Source: Candidatus Saccharimonadales bacterium
GTDB lineage: Bacteria > Patescibacteriota > Saccharimonadia > Saccharimonadales > UBA10212
DNA: 64,000 bases
NCBI GenBank assembly: GCA_049521895.1
Contig: JBEKOJ010000001.1
Coordinates: forward strand, 418,717-482,716
Direction: 5' to 3'
This document shows positions 62,295 through 64,000 of this stretch, one piece after another. The translations under genes and the position numbers were made by a program. Position 1 is the stretch's first letter, and every line of letters begins with the position of its first letter. The notes under the pieces are model-generated. The model saw only the letters and a list, made by a program, of their open reading frames with translations. It was not told where the DNA came from and did not search any database.

Positions 62295-62520
62295 GGTCAG
62301 GCGTTCCTGTTTGGCGTTCAATCCGTTTTTCGATTATCCAACCGTATACGTCTCTTGTTGAAAGACCGTGGACACGCGCCAAACGTGCCAGCTCTAAAAC
62401 GTGCCTTGTTGACACGGGTAAATCGATCGGAGCCTCATCTAAGATTCTTAAAACTTCCGGGTCAGTTTCTATCCTTTTCATTCTTTCCTCGACTGTAAGC
62501 GGTCGCTCAAACTCAGTCAT
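62287..62520 (-). CDS. hypothetical small protein
   Basis: 77-aa ORF coupled to the flanking genes by 8-nt overlaps. Confidence 0.4.
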   Translation of the reverse strand: MTEFERPLTVEERMKRIETDPEVLRILDEAPIDLPVSTRHVLELARLARVHGLSTRDVYGWIIEKRIERQTGTPDHG

Positions 62521-62836
62521 TTTTGAGCTCCCTATTCAGCCATTCTTGGGCGCTTTTAGAAATTCGTGAAACTGGTACGGCTTCCAAAACAAAGGTTTCG
62601 TAGCTATGGAGTTTAGTAACTTCGGCTTCGATTTTATCGAATAAATCCAGTTTACTTAACATGCCAAGGAAAACTTCGTCGGCCTGCTCTACTTTACCGT
62701 GCCACCAGAACTCTCCAGCATAAGAGGAAAGTTGCCCGTAGCAAGCAATCAGTTTTTTTTGCAGCAAAGTTGAACCGATTTTATCTGCTTCTTTTTTATT
62801 AGCGCATGTCAGCCACAACTGGCAAAAATCAGCCAT
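62513..62836 (-). CDS. cutA: divalent-cation tolerance protein CutA
   Basis: 107 aa with CutA-like pattern (ACANKKEADKI..., YWWHGKVE, HSYETF). Confidence 0.75.
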   Translation of the reverse strand: MADFCQLWLTCANKKEADKIGSTLLQKKLIACYGQLSSYAGEFWWHGKVEQADEVFLGMLSKLDLFDKIEAEVTKLHSYETFVLEAVPVSRISKSAQEWLNRELKND

Positions 62837-63193
62837 TTATAAAGCGCCTATCTCCTCTTGAACATCTTTTAACTGCTCCAGCCAGTAGGGAAATAGCTCT
62901 TTGGCAGTAGCAATAGTAAAACCTGTAAATGGCTGCTCGCGCTTTTGGTTAACGATGGCACTAAGGACACTATGGGTCTCCCTGAGAGGCGAGTAAAGAG
63001 AGCTGCGCTCATCATCAAATACGTGGTTCGGCATAGCGTTTATTTCGGCGTCCCAGCGGTTTACTATAGACCTCATATGTTCAAGCGGTGTTATATCGTG
63101 TTCTGCAAGCATTGGATCAAGCCTCGCCCAGAAAGTCTCAGGATCAATTCCGACAGTTCTTTTACCATCTGCTAAAGCTTCGGGTCCTATCAT
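62837..63193 (-). CDS. hypothetical protein
   Basis: 118-aa ORF abutting the cutA start. No recognisable motif. Confidence 0.45.
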   Translation of the reverse strand: MIGPEALADGKRTVGIDPETFWARLDPMLAEHDITPLEHMRSIVNRWDAEINAMPNHVFDDERSSLYSPLRETHSVLSAIVNQKREQPFTGFTIATAKELFPYWLEQLKDVQEEIGAL

Positions 63194-63345
63194 TGTTTCT
63201 TCTCCTTATCTATTACTTCACCATTGATGAATTTGCGGTCTTTGCTGACGTAGGTTTCCTGGGCGTATTTGATGCCCAGCTTAACTCCTGCGCTTAGTGC
63301 CAATATTGGCAGCAGGACATAGTGCAAGAAGTTAGCTAGTTTCAC
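63190..63345 (-). CDS. possible 51-aa single-TM micro-protein
   Basis: The GTG starts immediately after the dnaK stop, and the TGA overlaps the next ATG (ATGA). It has a hydrophobic N-terminal helix. It is below the ORF-track size cutoff. Confidence 0.3.
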   Translation of the reverse strand: MKLANFLHYVLLPILALSAGVKLGIKYAQETYVSKDRKFINGEVIDKEKKQ

Positions 63346-64000
63346 CTATTCTTCTTTCTTGCCGTCAGGTCCTGAGCCTGTCGAAGGATCGTCGATGACT
63401 TCGCCTTCAACCGGTTCGTCTTTGTCCTTCTTGTCGGATTTCTTGCCGCTGGTCTTATCTTCACCGGTTTCTTGTTCCTTGTTCCCTGTTTCTGAATCGG
63501 CTTGGGCCGATTCGTATATCTTGGCGCCGATAGGCATGATCTTGTCGCTTAGGTCTTTGGCTGCCTTTTCCAGCTCTTCCTTATCGGTGGCTTCAAGATG
63601 GGTTTTGGCTTCGTCTATTGCCCCTTGGATGGTCTTAGTATCTTCCTCGGATAGTTTATCTTTGTAGTCGGTCTTCATTTTTTCGGCCTGGTAGACAGCG
63701 TTGTCCAAATGGTTTTTAACTTCGATGGCTTCGCGCTTTTTCTTGTCTTCTTCGGCATGGACTTCGGCCTCTTTTGCGGCCTTTTCTACTTCTTCTTTGT
63801 CAAGATTGCCGCTGCCCTGGATAGTAATGCTCTGCTCTTTACTGGTGCCTTTATCTTTGGCAGTAACATTCAAAATACCGTTGGCATCAATGTTGAAAGT
63901 AACCTCAATTTGCGGCACGCCGCGCGGCGCCGGCGGAATACCGTCCAACACAAAACGTCCTAAGCTTTTGTTGTCGGCCGACATTTCGCGTTCGCCTTGC
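63346..64000 (-). CDS. dnaK: molecular chaperone DnaK, C-terminal part (gene continues beyond the window)
   Basis: Substrate-binding and lid region ([34 protein letters not shown]) with an acidic tail. The reading frame is open to the window edge. Confidence 0.95.
   Translation of the reverse strand, partial: QGEREMSADNKSLGRFVLDGIPPAPRGVPQIEVTFNIDANGILNVTAKDKGTSKEQSITIQGSGNLDKEEVEKAAKEAEVHAEEDKKKREAIEVKNHLDNAVYQAEKMKTDYKDKLSEEDTKTIQGAIDEAKTHLEATDKEELEKAAKDLSDKIMPIGAKIYESAQADSETGNKEQETGEDKTSGKKSDKKDKDEPVEGEVIDDPSTGSGPDGKKEE

Overview
This 64 kb window is a gene-dense, mostly minus-strand bacterial chromosome segment. By inference it comes from a small-genome CPR/Patescibacteria (Saccharimonadia-like) organism, judging from the gene content, the compact operons and the many short tRNA modules. 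Recognisable content falls into six groups. (1) Peptidoglycan precursor genes: murD, murI, murB and an HTH-fused murA. (2) One-carbon and folate genes: folD, a 5-formyl-THF cyclo-ligase, a CofE-like ligase and glyA. (3) A complete type IV pilus locus (three pilin-like genes divergent from pilB-pilC-pilA-pilM-pilN-pilO) together with comEC, a lamin-tail-domain surface protein, recA, recX and ruvABC. (4) Housekeeping genes: rny, tsaB/tsaE, ftsH, tilS, dus, yebC, rimK, dnaJ and partial dnaK. (5) Fourteen tRNA genes. (6) One recently inserted 2.3 kb IS1595-family element with clean inverted repeats and an 8-bp target duplication. No rRNA genes and no CRISPR array are present. The unusual signals are all non-coding or repeat-based. 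First, a hairpin palindrome (core TACTTAAC-TT-GTTAAGTA) recurs five times exactly and once as a variant, both inside unrelated genes and between genes. I flag it as a candidate DNA-uptake or chromosome-organisation signal. Second, three tRNA genes are each followed by a terminator and then a second, interrupted copy of their own T-arm/acceptor 3' end. At tRNA-Lys this continues into a tandem array of A+T-rich cassettes bounded by an identical 28-mer. Third, there are two families of structured RNA-like elements with compensatory base changes. Most copies are long leaders of tRNA genes. One orphan copy sits in front of comEC and another lies between ftsH and a 2H phosphoesterase gene. Fourth, murD and folD carry in-frame, hairpin-containing insertions. 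Functional interpretations of these repeats are inference only. I could not run any searches or folding programs.
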